Made by a program: the position numbers and the translations under genes. Below are positions 9,485-19,148 of a stretch of DNA of 64,000 nucleotides, piece after piece. How positions within the stretch are numbered: the stretch's first letter is position 1; every line of letters starts with the position of its first letter. This stretch comes from an uncultured delta proteobacterium (GTDB lineage: Bacteria > Myxococcota_A > UBA9160 > SZUA-336), in contig CAVPHD010000007.1 in the NCBI GenBank assembly GCA_963704165.1, forward strand, positions 64,001-128,000. The letters are read 5' to 3'. The notes under the pieces are model-generated. The model saw only the letters and a list, made by a program, of their open reading frames with translations, did not search any database and was not told the DNA's origin.

Positions 9485-10473
9485 GCGAACCGGTGCTCGC
9501 GCTGCGTGGTCTGCGCACCAGCTTCGACACGAAGCGCGGTCGGTTTCCGGCGGTCGATCGGATCGACCTCGAGCTCTTCGCCGGCGAGACCCTCGGCGTC
9601 GTCGGGGAGTCGGGCTGCGGGAAGTCGGTGACGGCGCTCTCGATCCTGCGGCTTCTGCCCCAGCCCCCCGCGTCGATCGAGGCCGGGGAGATCCTCTTCG
9701 AGGGACGCGACCTGCTCCGGCTCTCGGACGAGGAGATGCGCCGCATCCGCGGCAACCGGATCGCGATGATCTTCCAGGAGCCGATGACCTGCCTCAACCC
9801 GGTGTTCCGGATCGGCGACCAGATCGGCGAGGCGCTCACCGTACACCGAGCGTTGTCGCGCACGGAGCGCGACGCGCGCGTGATCGAGCTGCTCGAGCTG
9901 GTCGGCATATCCGAGCCCCACAAGCGCGCGCGCGACTACCCTCATCAGCTCTCGGGCGGGATGCGCCAGCGCGTGATGATCGCGATGGCGCTCGCGAACG
10001 ATCCGGCGGTGCTGATCGCGGACGAGCCGACGACCGCGCTCGACGTGACGATCCAGGCGCAGATCCTCGATCTTCTCGAAACGCTGAAGAAGCGCTTCGC
10101 GATGGCGGTGCTCTTGATCACGCACGACCTCGGGATCGTGGCCGAGAGCGCGGAACGCCTGGCCGTGCTGTACGCGGGGCGCGTGGTCGAGACCGGAACG
10201 GTGCTCGAGATCTTCGCCGCGCCGCGGCACCCGTACACGGCTGGCCTGCTCGCTGCGCTGCCCTCGGCCCGCACGCGTCCGGGCGAGCCGCTGCACGTGA
10301 TCGCGGGCCGGGTGCCCGATCTGGTCTCGCGCCCGACCGGCTGCAGCTTCCGCGAACGCTGCTCCCGCGCGCTCGAGGTCTGCGCGGAGCGCGATCCCGT
10401 CCTCGCGCGCGTGGCCGCGGGCCATCAGGTCGCGTGTCACAATCCGGTGTCGCAGAGCGAGGCGCGTTCGTGA
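9481..10473 (+). CDS. oppD: Oligopeptide/dipeptide ABC transporter ATPase
   Basis: [40 protein letters not shown]-terminal Cys cluster. Confidence 0.92.
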   Translation: MSEPVLALRGLRTSFDTKRGRFPAVDRIDLELFAGETLGVVGESGCGKSVTALSILRLLPQPPASIEAGEILFEGRDLLRLSDEEMRRIRGNRIAMIFQEPMTCLNPVFRIGDQIGEALTVHRALSRTERDARVIELLELVGISEPHKRARDYPHQLSGGMRQRVMIAMALANDPAVLIADEPTTALDVTIQAQILDLLETLKKRFAMAVLLITHDLGIVAESAERLAVLYAGRVVETGTVLEIFAAPRHPYTAGLLAALPSARTRPGEPLHVIAGRVPDLVSRPTGCSFRERCSRALEVCAERDPVLARVAAGHQVACHNPVSQSEARS

Positions 10474-11438
10474 CTGCACCGCTGCTGCAGATCCGCGCGC
10501 TGCGAAAGAGCTTCCCGGTCGGCGGGGGCGGCTTCGGGCGTCGTCCGCGTCTGGTCGCCGTGGACGACGTCGATCTCGACGTCGGCGGCGGGGAGACCGT
10601 CGGGCTCGTCGGCGAGTCGGGCTGCGGGAAGTCCACGCTCGCGCGGCTCGCGCTGCGCCTGATCGAGCCCGATTCCGGTGAGATCCGCTTCGAGGATCGA
10701 GACCTGCGCGCGCTCGGACGCCGCGACCTACGGAACATGCGCCGGCGCATGCAGATCGTCTTCCAGGATCCGTTCGCCTCGCTGAATCCGCGAATGACGG
10801 TGGCCGAGACGATCGCCGAGGGGCTGCGCGTGCACGGGCTCGCGCGGGGAGTCGACCGGGAACGACGCGTCGCGGAGCTGCTCGAGATCGTCGGGCTCGC
10901 ACCGGAGCACGCGGGCCGGTATCCGCACGAATTCAGCGGCGGACAACGGCAGCGGATCGGAATCGCCCGCGCGCTCGCGCTCGAGCCGCGCCTGATCGTC
11001 GCCGACGAGCCGGTGTCGTCGCTCGACGTCTCGATCCAGGCGCAGATCTTGAACCTCCTGCTCGACCTGCAGAAGCGTTTCGGCCTCGCGTATCTGTTCA
11101 TCTCGCACGATCTGCGCGTCGTGCGGCACCTGTCGAGGCGGGTCGCCGTCATGTACCTCGGCCGGATCGTCGAGTACGGTCCCGCCGAGGCGCTCTACGA
11201 TCGCCCGCAGCATCCCTACACCGAGGCGTTGCTCTCGGCGGTGCCGGTGCCCGATCCGACCCGCGAGCAGCGCCGCATCGTGCTCTCGGGCGATGTGCCG
11301 AGCCCGATCGCGCCTCCGCCCGGCTGTCCGTTTCACCCGCGGTGTCCAAAGGCGGTCGCGCAGTGCGCGACCGAGCGGCCCGCGTTGCGCGAGGTCGCGT
11401 CGCAGCACGTCACGGCCTGTCACCTTGCACCGTTCTGA
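10470..11438 (+). CDS. oppF: Oligopeptide/dipeptide ABC transporter ATPase
   Basis: [40 protein letters not shown]. Confidence 0.92.
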   Translation: MTAPLLQIRALRKSFPVGGGGFGRRPRLVAVDDVDLDVGGGETVGLVGESGCGKSTLARLALRLIEPDSGEIRFEDRDLRALGRRDLRNMRRRMQIVFQDPFASLNPRMTVAETIAEGLRVHGLARGVDRERRVAELLEIVGLAPEHAGRYPHEFSGGQRQRIGIARALALEPRLIVADEPVSSLDVSIQAQILNLLLDLQKRFGLAYLFISHDLRVVRHLSRRVAVMYLGRIVEYGPAEALYDRPQHPYTEALLSAVPVPDPTREQRRIVLSGDVPSPIAPPPGCPFHPRCPKAVAQCATERPALREVASQHVTACHLAPF

Positions 11439-11472
11439 CCCGTAGCGAATCGAATCGGAGGAGAAAGACAAG

Positions 11473-11799
11473 ATGCGCGTCGAATACAGCTTCGACCTGA
11501 ACAAGGTCGACATCCCGTACTTCTCGGTGGAGAGCATGGAGGGCCCCGAGAAGTTGTTCCGTCTCGTGACCCTCGTGATGAACGTGCTCTTCATCCGTCC
11601 GCGCGTGGACGTGATCTTCCACAGCCCGAACAAGGACGATCTGCCCAAGAAGATCGCGGCGTTCGAGTCCATCGTGAAGAGCGCGCCGAACACGCCCGCG
11701 CTCGAGTTCCGCGAGGGCGCGAGCGGGTCACTCGCGAGCTCCTACTACCGCTGGGTTAGCATCCACGCCAAAGGTGGGAGCGGCGAAGGCTCTCGTTGA
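11473..11799 (+). CDS. Hypothetical protein (108 aa)
   Basis: Strong SD (GGAGGAG) upstream, host-like GC3-rich codon usage, natural amino-acid composition; no family recognised. Confidence 0.7.
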   Translation: MRVEYSFDLNKVDIPYFSVESMEGPEKLFRLVTLVMNVLFIRPRVDVIFHSPNKDDLPKKIAAFESIVKSAPNTPALEFREGASGSLASSYYRWVSIHAKGGSGEGSR

Positions 11800-13012
11800 T
11801 CGCGTCGCGTCGCAGTCGCTCGGGGTCGTCGGGGTACTCGCTCTCGGCGAGGTAGCGCGCGAGCGCCGCCTCTCGGAGCGCCCCCGGCACCTCGTCGGGC
11901 AGCGCGGCGTTGAGCTGCGCGAGGTTCTTCACGCGCCGGCGCCGCGAGACCCGTGCGCCGAAACGCACGCGTCCGTAATCGAGAAGGCGCGGCTCCTGCC
12001 CCGGCGACCAGACGATGTTGTTCGCCTTCAGGTCCGCGTGGTAGATCCCGCGCCGGTGAAGCCGCGCCAGGAGTGATCCGAGCCGCGCGGCGAGCTCGTC
12101 GCGTGCCGAAGCATCGGCGTTCGGCAAGTCGCTTCGCACCCAGGCGTCGAGCGCCCGGCCCGCGTCCTCCATCACGAGCCAACGCCCGACCCAGGCGAGC
12201 GCGCGTCCGGTCGCGATGCCGCGTGCCTCGAGACCGCATCCACCGAGCCAGGCCTTGCGCGCCTCGCGCGCGGTCTCGTGCTGCTTCAGGACCCAGGCGC
12301 CGCTGCGGAACAGGCGGGTCTTGGGCGTGTCCTTGAACGCGGAGTCGGGGTCGAGTTCCGAGAGCGCCTGCCGCAGTCGTCGCTCGTCGGTGTCGCGTCG
12401 GCGGAAGCCGGACTGCCCTCCGAAGTCGAACGCGGTGAAGCTTCCGCTCTCGATCACGCAGCGGCGACTTCGGCTGCGCCAGTGGGTCCGTGCACGGCGG
12501 TCGCGCCAGAAGCGGACGTGCGCGAGCTCGCGGGGCAGCGGCTCACCGAGCGAGTAGGCCAGATACCCGAGCTCGAAGCGACGCACCACGGCCGGAACCC
12601 AGGGCAGGAAGCGCGTCCGCTGCAGATCGAGAAACACGATCCGGTCCGATTCGACGAGCAGATTGCCCAGATGCAGATCGCCGTGGACCAGACCGCGCTC
12701 GTGGGCATCCGCGGTGGCCTCGAGGATCGCGCCGAGATCCGAGCGCGCGGCCGGGCGCGCATTCGCGAGGAAGCGCGTCGCGTTCCAGTCGTCCCCGGAT
12801 CCGATCAGCTCGGGAACGGGAATGTCGCGTTCGCGGGCCTTCGCGAGTGCGCGCGCCTCGCGTGCGGCGTTCTCGGGACGCTCGAGAAAGACCTTCAGCA
12901 GCGCATCCCCCGCACGCGCCACGACGCGCGCGGAGTTGCGCTTCAGCACGGTGACGCCGGTCGGTGTCGTTCCGGAACCAAGACTCGCGGCGACCTCTTC
13001 GAGCCCGCTCAT
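11756..13012 (-). CDS. Tandem two-domain lipopolysaccharide kinase (Kdo/WaaP/InaA-like)
   Basis: Two kinase catalytic motif sets: HGDLHLGNLL..FLDLQ and YHADLKANNIV..LLDYG; ATG overlaps the stop of the upstream GT4 gene. Confidence 0.75.
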   Translation of the reverse strand: MSGLEEVAASLGSGTTPTGVTVLKRNSARVVARAGDALLKVFLERPENAAREARALAKARERDIPVPELIGSGDDWNATRFLANARPAARSDLGAILEATADAHERGLVHGDLHLGNLLVESDRIVFLDLQRTRFLPWVPAVVRRFELGYLAYSLGEPLPRELAHVRFWRDRRARTHWRSRSRRCVIESGSFTAFDFGGQSGFRRRDTDERRLRQALSELDPDSAFKDTPKTRLFRSGAWVLKQHETAREARKAWLGGCGLEARGIATGRALAWVGRWLVMEDAGRALDAWVRSDLPNADASARDELAARLGSLLARLHRRGIYHADLKANNIVWSPGQEPRLLDYGRVRFGARVSRRRRVKNLAQLNAALPDEVPGALREAALARYLAESEYPDDPERLRRDAINESLRRSHLWRGC

Positions 13013-14109
13013 GTGCCCGCTTGCAGGCTCGACCAGAGCGCGAGCACCCGGTCCGCGTAGGCGCTCCACGAGTGGCGTTCGGCGGTCTCTCGTGCCGCGG
13101 CGCCGAGCTTGTGCAGGCGCTCGACGTCGGAGAGCGCAGCGAAGGCCGGCGCGAAATCCTCGTCGAGGACGAACCCGTTCTCTCCGGGAACGACGAGCTC
13201 GGCGGAGCCGGCTTGGGGAGTGGTCGCGACCCCGGTTCCGCAGGCCATCGCCTCGATCACCGCCATGCCGAACGTGTCGTAGCGGGTCGGCAGCACCAGC
13301 AGATCCGCTGCGGCGCAGAGCGCGGCGGGGTCGCTCCGCGAACCCAGAAAGCGCACGCGCTCCGCGATCCCGAGGCTCGAGGCCATGCGTCGCCAGGGTG
13401 CGGGGTCGTCGCCGCCCGCGACCAGAAGCGTCGCCGGAACTCCGGACGCGGCGAGACCGGCGAGGGCCCGATCGAGGCCCTTGCGCCGGAATCCGGCGCC
13501 GAGGAACAGCACGACCGGTCCCTCGAGCGAGAGCTCGCGGCGGACGGCCGCGCCCGAGCGTTCGCGCTCGCGCGGGTGGAAGGTCTCGAGATCGACACCG
13601 TTGTGGATCACCGTGCAGCGCGCGGGCTCGATGCCGTAGCGGCGGATGATCTCGTCGGCGACGAAGCGCGAGTTGCACAGCAAGAGCTGGCTGCGGTCCC
13701 GGAAGACCGCCTCTTCGATCGAGAGGAGCACGCGATGTCGCGGGGAGAGCCAGGCCCGCAGGCGAGGCCAGGCATAGACGCTCTCCATGTACGCCGCGTG
13801 GCTGCCGCCGCCGGTCCGGTACACATCCTGGTGACGCGTGCGTGAGAAGGCCTGCACGACGTCGAATCGGCCCGATCGGCTCGCACGCGAAGCGCGCCGC
13901 GAGAACTCGAGCACGCGCAACGGCTGCCAGAACCTCGGGCCGCCGAGTGTCTCGACGCGTACGCCCGGAAGCGTCTCTCGCGTCGCCGTGCGACAGATCA
14001 CGGTGAGGTCCACGCCACGCCGGCCGAGCTCGCGCGCGAGCTGCCACGCCACGCCCTCGACGCCGCCGGGGCCGGGTCGAAAGCTCTCGATCGTGATCGC
14101 AGCGCGCAC
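13009..14109 (-). CDS. GT4 glycosyltransferase (WaaG/RfaG-like)
   Basis: GGVEG, IHNGVD, FRRKGL, LPTRYDTFGMAVIEAMACG. Confidence 0.88.
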   Translation of the reverse strand: MRAAITIESFRPGPGGVEGVAWQLARELGRRGVDLTVICRTATRETLPGVRVETLGGPRFWQPLRVLEFSRRASRASRSGRFDVVQAFSRTRHQDVYRTGGGSHAAYMESVYAWPRLRAWLSPRHRVLLSIEEAVFRDRSQLLLCNSRFVADEIIRRYGIEPARCTVIHNGVDLETFHPRERERSGAAVRRELSLEGPVVLFLGAGFRRKGLDRALAGLAASGVPATLLVAGGDDPAPWRRMASSLGIAERVRFLGSRSDPAALCAAADLLVLPTRYDTFGMAVIEAMACGTGVATTPQAGSAELVVPGENGFVLDEDFAPAFAALSDVERLHKLGAAARETAERHSWSAYADRVLALWSSLQAGT

Positions 14110-14160
14110 CGCCGGAGGGTAGCGTGGCGGTCCCGTGCTTTCCCCGGTACCTGATCGCCC

Positions 14161-15735
14161 ATGCCGGAGGTTCGCAGCAGGGCAGGGTCGCTCGCGCTCT
14201 GCGCGCTCTTCGTGTGGACCGGGTTCGGCTGCGGGCGTGAACAGGCCGCGCCCGCGATCCGCGAACTCCGCATCAATCTCGAGACCGAACCGCCTTCGCT
14301 CGACTGGAGCCTCGCGACCGATGGTGTTTCGATCATCGCGATCCAACAGCTGATGCGCGGCCTGACGCGACTCGGCGCAGATCTCCGGCCCGAGCCCGAC
14401 CTGGCGGAGAGCTGGTCGGTCTCGGCCGATGGCCGCACCTACACCTTCGCGCTGCGCCCCGGCGTCGTCTGGAGCGACGGCGTTCCGCTTCGCGCACAGC
14501 ACTTCGTCGACGGCTGGCTGCGACTGCTCGCGCCCGCGACGGCCGCGGAGTACGCCTACTTCCTGTTTCCCGTGAAGAACGCGCGCGCCTACAACGCCGG
14601 GACGATCGACGACGCCGCAGAGGTCGGCGTGCGGGCCCGTGGCGACGCGACGCTCGAGGTCGAGCTCGAGGCGCCGATCGTCTACTTCCCGGCGCTGCTG
14701 AACTTCATGGTGACGTTCCCGCAGCGCCGGGATCTGATCGAACGCCACGGTGACCACTGGACCGAGCCACCGAATCTGGTCTCGCTCGGACCCTTCGTGC
14801 TCGAGGAGTGGCGCCACGAGTATCGCCTCGTGCTGCGCGCAAACGAGCGCTACTGGGAGGGTCGTCCCGCGCTCGACCGGATCGTCGCCTACATGGTCGA
14901 GGAGGACAGCACGGCGCTCGTGCTCTGGGAGCAGGGGCTGATCGATCTGGTCAAGCTGCCGCCGCTCGAGATCCGCCGCTACGAGAAGCGTCCGGAGTAT
15001 CTCCGCCAGCCGCTCCTGCGCGGCTACTACTACGGCTTCGACGTCCGCACGCCTCCCTTCGACGACGCTCGCGTGCGACGCGCGTTCGCGCTCGCGATCG
15101 ACCGCGCGGATTTCCCGGCGCTCCTGCGCGGGGGCGAGCAGCCCTGGCCCTCGTGGATCCCACCGGGCATGCCGCACGCGAACGCGGCGATCGGCCTGGG
15201 CTTCGATCCCGAGCGCGCCCGCGCGCTGCTGCGCGAGGCGGGCCTCGATCCGTCGACGCTCCCGCCGGTGCGGATCGTCTTCAACAGCGACCAGACGCAC
15301 AAGCTCGTCGCGGAGCGGGTGCAGGCGCTCTGGCGTGAGCACCTCGGCGTTCGCGTCGAGCTCGTGAATCGCGAGTGGAAGGTCTTCCTGAAGGAGCTCT
15401 CGTCCAACCCACCGCCGGTCTTCCGTCTGGGCTGGGGGGCGGATTTCCCCGACCCCGACAACTTCATGAATCTGTTCACGTCCTACAGCGAGAACAACCA
15501 CACCGGTTGGGCGAACCCGGTCTTCGACGAGCTCGTCGAGCGCGCTTCCCGCGAGGCCGATCCGGCGGAGCGCCGGGATCTCTACGACCGCGCGCAACGA
15601 ATCCTGTGCGAGCAGGACGTGCCGATCATTCCGCTCTTCGTGACGGCTTCGAACTACGCGGTCGCGCGGCGGGTTCGCGGCTTCGTGCCCACGGCGATGG
15701 ACCAGTATTTCTTCGACCGGGTGTCGGTCGAGTGA
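14161..15735 (+). CDS. oppA: Peptide ABC transporter substrate-binding lipoprotein
   Basis: Lipobox GFGC; EPPSLD, PDLAESWSVSADGRTYTFALR, WSDG, GWGADFPDP. Confidence 0.92.
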   Translation: MPEVRSRAGSLALCALFVWTGFGCGREQAAPAIRELRINLETEPPSLDWSLATDGVSIIAIQQLMRGLTRLGADLRPEPDLAESWSVSADGRTYTFALRPGVVWSDGVPLRAQHFVDGWLRLLAPATAAEYAYFLFPVKNARAYNAGTIDDAAEVGVRARGDATLEVELEAPIVYFPALLNFMVTFPQRRDLIERHGDHWTEPPNLVSLGPFVLEEWRHEYRLVLRANERYWEGRPALDRIVAYMVEEDSTALVLWEQGLIDLVKLPPLEIRRYEKRPEYLRQPLLRGYYYGFDVRTPPFDDARVRRAFALAIDRADFPALLRGGEQPWPSWIPPGMPHANAAIGLGFDPERARALLREAGLDPSTLPPVRIVFNSDQTHKLVAERVQALWREHLGVRVELVNREWKVFLKELSSNPPPVFRLGWGADFPDPDNFMNLFTSYSENNHTGWANPVFDELVERASREADPAERRDLYDRAQRILCEQDVPIIPLFVTASNYAVARRVRGFVPTAMDQYFFDRVSVE

Positions 15736-16661
15736 TTCGCTACGTCGCCGGCCGACTGCTCGCGGGCGTGACCGTGTTGTGGGTGGTCGCGACGCTCACG
15801 TTCGCGCTCCTGCGATTCCTGCCGGGCGGCCCCTTCGACAAGGAGAAGACCCTTCCGCCGGAGATCCTGCGCAACCTCGAACGCCGCTACGCGCTCGACG
15901 GAACGTTCGCGGAGCAGTACGTCGATTACCTCGGTCGGATCGTCCGCGGCGATCTCGGCCCGTCGTACAAGTACCTCGGTCGCGACGTGCGCGACATCCT
16001 GTCCGACGCGCTGCCGGTTTCGGTCGAGCTCGGACTGCTCGCGCTCGCGATCGCGCTCGCCGGTGGCCTCACGCTCGGACTCGCGGCCGGCGCGCGGCGG
16101 GGGACGGCGATCGATCGCTCGGTCGGCATCGCGTCACTCGTCGGTGTGTCGGCGCCGAGCTTCGTGATCGGCGCGGTTCTGATCCTCGTCGTCGGGCTCG
16201 GGCTCGACTGGCTTCCGGCCGGACTCTGGGAGGGGCCGCAGCACGCGATTCTGCCCGCGATCACGCTCGCCGCGCTGCCGCTCGCCTACATCACGCAGCT
16301 GACCCGCGCGCAGGTCGTTGCGGTGATCGACCAGGACTACGTGCGCACCGCGCGCGCGAAGGGCGTTCCGGAGGGTCGCGTGCGACGTCACCACGTCCTG
16401 CGCAACGCACTGCTCGCAGTGCTGACCTATTTCGGCCCGCTTCTCGCGATCCTGCTCACGGGCTCGTTCGTGGTCGAGAAGATCTACGCGATCCCGGGCA
16501 TGGGCCGGTTCTTCGTCACGGCGGTGACGAACCGCGACTACCCGCTCGTTCTCGGCGTGACGCTGATCTACTCGGCGCTCGTCGTGACGTCGAACCTGGT
16601 CGTGGACGTGCTCTATGCCTGGCTCGATCCGCGCATTCGCGTGAACGGGGACGAGCGGTGA
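15732..16661 (+). CDS. oppB: Peptide ABC transporter permease
   Basis: LPGGPF, GDLGPSY, DYVRTARAKG, RDYPLV, AWLDPR. Confidence 0.92.
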   Translation: MIRYVAGRLLAGVTVLWVVATLTFALLRFLPGGPFDKEKTLPPEILRNLERRYALDGTFAEQYVDYLGRIVRGDLGPSYKYLGRDVRDILSDALPVSVELGLLALAIALAGGLTLGLAAGARRGTAIDRSVGIASLVGVSAPSFVIGAVLILVVGLGLDWLPAGLWEGPQHAILPAITLAALPLAYITQLTRAQVVAVIDQDYVRTARAKGVPEGRVRRHHVLRNALLAVLTYFGPLLAILLTGSFVVEKIYAIPGMGRFFVTAVTNRDYPLVLGVTLIYSALVVTSNLVVDVLYAWLDPRIRVNGDER

Positions 16662-17500
16662 CGGGATCTGGGCTCTCGGGCGCGATCGGTGCGCTCCTGA
16701 TCGCCGGACTCGTCGGGTTGGCGCTCGCGGGCGACCGCGTTGCGGGCGCTCGCTTCGACGCGCAGGACTCGGCCCACGCACTGGAGGCGCCGACGCGGGC
16801 GCACTGGTTCGGCACCGACGCGCTCGGCCGCGATCTGCTCGCCCGCGTGACCGAGGGGGCACGCGTTTCACTGCTCGTCGCGGTCGGCGCGACGTCGCTC
16901 GCGCTCGTCATCGGCCTCGCGTACGGACTCCTCGCCGGTTGGGTCGGCGGTCGCGTCGACGGCTGGATGATGCGCGCGGTCGACATCGTCTACGCGCTGC
17001 CCGACGTGCTCGTGATCGTGCTCTTGATCGAAGTGCTTCAGGGCACCCTCGTCGGCGTTCCCGACATCGCGCGTCGGATCGCCGCGCTCGTCGTCGCGCT
17101 GGGCTTCGTGGGCTGGGTCGGGATTGCGAGGCTCGTGCGGGCGCTCGTGCTCCAGGCGCGCGAAGAGGTCTGGGTCGAAGCCGCGCGCGCGCTCGGGCTG
17201 CGCAACCGGCGCATCCTGCTCCGTCACGTGCTGCCCAACGTGGCGGGGCCGATCCTCGTCGCGGCCGCGTTCCAGATCCCGGCGGCGATCCTGGCCGAAT
17301 CGACGCTCTCCTTCATCGGACTCGGCATCCAGCCGCCCTTCTCGAGCTGGGGAACGCTCGCGAGCGATGGCTTCGAAGCCATGCGCTCGTATCCGCATCT
17401 CATCCTCTTCCCGTGTCTCGCGATCCTGCTCGCTCTCGTCGGCTTCCATCTCCTCGGAGAGATGCTTCGCGGGGCGCTGGATCCGCGAAACCGCGCGTAG
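16658..17500 (+). CDS. oppC: Peptide ABC transporter permease
   Basis: HWFGTDALGRDLL, EAARALG, HVLPN, ESTLSFIGLG. Confidence 0.92.
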   Translation: MTGSGLSGAIGALLIAGLVGLALAGDRVAGARFDAQDSAHALEAPTRAHWFGTDALGRDLLARVTEGARVSLLVAVGATSLALVIGLAYGLLAGWVGGRVDGWMMRAVDIVYALPDVLVIVLLIEVLQGTLVGVPDIARRIAALVVALGFVGWVGIARLVRALVLQAREEVWVEAARALGLRNRRILLRHVLPNVAGPILVAAAFQIPAAILAESTLSFIGLGIQPPFSSWGTLASDGFEAMRSYPHLILFPCLAILLALVGFHLLGEMLRGALDPRNRA

Positions 17501-17564
17501 CGCGCGTGCGCTACGCTTGCCCAACGAATCGCGCGAGTTAAAACTCCCGCCGCCTGCTGCAGAC

Positions 17565-18368
17565 ATGAAGGGGGTCGAGCACTTGATCAAGGCGGATGCA
17601 CTGACCAAGCGCTACGGAGGACTCACCGCGATCCGCGGTGTCTCGTTCGAGATCGCCAGGTCCGAGGTCGTCGGGTTTCTCGGTCCGAACGGGGCCGGAA
17701 AGACGACCACGATGCGAATCCTCACGGGCTACCTGCCGCCGAGCGAGGGTCGAGCGATCGTCGGTGGGTTCGATCTCGCGCGCGATCCGAACGCCGCCAA
17801 GCGCGTGACCGGCTACCTGCCCGAGTCGCCACCGCTCTATCCGGAGATGCGGGTCTGCGACTACGTGCGCTACGTCGCCACGCTTCACGACGTGCCGCGC
17901 GCGCTGCGAGCCGCCAAGGTCGAGCGCGCGATCCACTCCTGCGGTCTCGACTCGGTCGCGAGTCGGGTGATCCGGACGCTCTCGAAGGGCTACCGACAGC
18001 GGGTCGGGCTCGCACAGGCGATCGTCCACGATCCCGAAGTCCTGATTCTCGACGAGCCGACCTCGGGCCTCGACCCGATCCAGATCGCCGAGATCCGCGA
18101 CCTGATCCGGCGGCTCGCCAGCGAGGAGGGGCGCACCGTCATCCTCTCGACGCACATCCTCGCGGAGGTCGAGGCCATCTGTCAGCGCGTGCTCCTGATC
18201 GCGTACGGCCAGCTCCGCGTCGATGCGCGTCTGGACGCGTTGCGAGAGCAGGGCTCGCTCGAGCAGGTCTTCGTGCGCGAGGTCGAAGCGGCTGCGAGCC
18301 GCGACGCGAAGGCCGCGGTTTCCGCCGCCGCCGCTGCGGTCGCCGCCGTCGCGGAGGGGCAGCCGTGA
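17565..18368 (+). CDS. ABC-2 transporter ATPase (GldA-like)
   Basis: GPNGAGKTT, GYLPESPPLY, LSKGYRQRVG, LDEPTSGLDP. Confidence 0.88.
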   Translation: MKGVEHLIKADALTKRYGGLTAIRGVSFEIARSEVVGFLGPNGAGKTTTMRILTGYLPPSEGRAIVGGFDLARDPNAAKRVTGYLPESPPLYPEMRVCDYVRYVATLHDVPRALRAAKVERAIHSCGLDSVASRVIRTLSKGYRQRVGLAQAIVHDPEVLILDEPTSGLDPIQIAEIRDLIRRLASEEGRTVILSTHILAEVEAICQRVLLIAYGQLRVDARLDALREQGSLEQVFVREVEAAASRDAKAAVSAAAAAVAAVAEGQP

Positions 18369-19141
18369 GTCACGTCCTCGCCATCGCCGGCCGCGAGCTG
18401 CGCTCGATCTTCGCGACGCCCGTCGCCTACGTGCTGATCGCGGTCTACATGCTCTTTGCCGGGTTCGTCTTCTTCGCGAGCCTCGGAATGTTCCTCGTGC
18501 AGCTCGAGCAGATCCAGGCGCTCGGCATGACGCACCTTCTCGAACAGTGGAGCCTGCAGACCGTCGTCGTCTCGCAGTCCTTCTCGACCTTCGCGATCTT
18601 CCTCGCGTTCGTCGTGCCGCTGCTCGCGATGCGCGCCTTCGCCGAAGAGCGCGCCACCGGCTCGATCGAGCTGCTGCTGACCAGCCCCGTCACCAGCACG
18701 CAGATCGTGCTCGGGAAATTCCTGGCGATCGCGGCGTTGCTCGCACTGGTCACGGTGCTCACGGCGCTCTACCCGTTGCTGCTCTTCGCCTACGGCGATC
18801 CGGAACTCTGGCAGACGCTCGCCGGGCTGCAGACGCTGCTCCTGTACTCGCTGACGCTCGCGGCTCTGTGCTGCTTCATCTCGGCGCTCACGCGCAGCCA
18901 GATCGTCGCGGGCCTGGTCGGCGTCGCCGCGGCGCTGGTGCTGCTGCTGATCCCGTTCGCGGCCGAGAGCTCGCAGAGCGAGACGATGAAGGCGGTGCTG
19001 CGCTGGCTCGGCACGAGCACGCACTACGAAGCGGGGCTCGCGGGCGACGTGCGCTCCGAGGATCTCGCGTACTTCGGACTCACGATCTTCTCGTCGCTGG
19101 CGCTCGCGCGCGCCGCGGTCGACTCGTTGCGCTGGAGGTAG
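18365..19141 (+). CDS. ABC-2 transporter permease (GldF-like)
   Basis: RELRSIFATPVAY, MRAFAEERATGSIELLLTSP, LGKF; about six TM segments. Confidence 0.85.
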   Translation: MSHVLAIAGRELRSIFATPVAYVLIAVYMLFAGFVFFASLGMFLVQLEQIQALGMTHLLEQWSLQTVVVSQSFSTFAIFLAFVVPLLAMRAFAEERATGSIELLLTSPVTSTQIVLGKFLAIAALLALVTVLTALYPLLLFAYGDPELWQTLAGLQTLLLYSLTLAALCCFISALTRSQIVAGLVGVAAALVLLLIPFAAESSQSETMKAVLRWLGTSTHYEAGLAGDVRSEDLAYFGLTIFSSLALARAAVDSLRWR

Positions 19142-19148
19142 GACGGCG

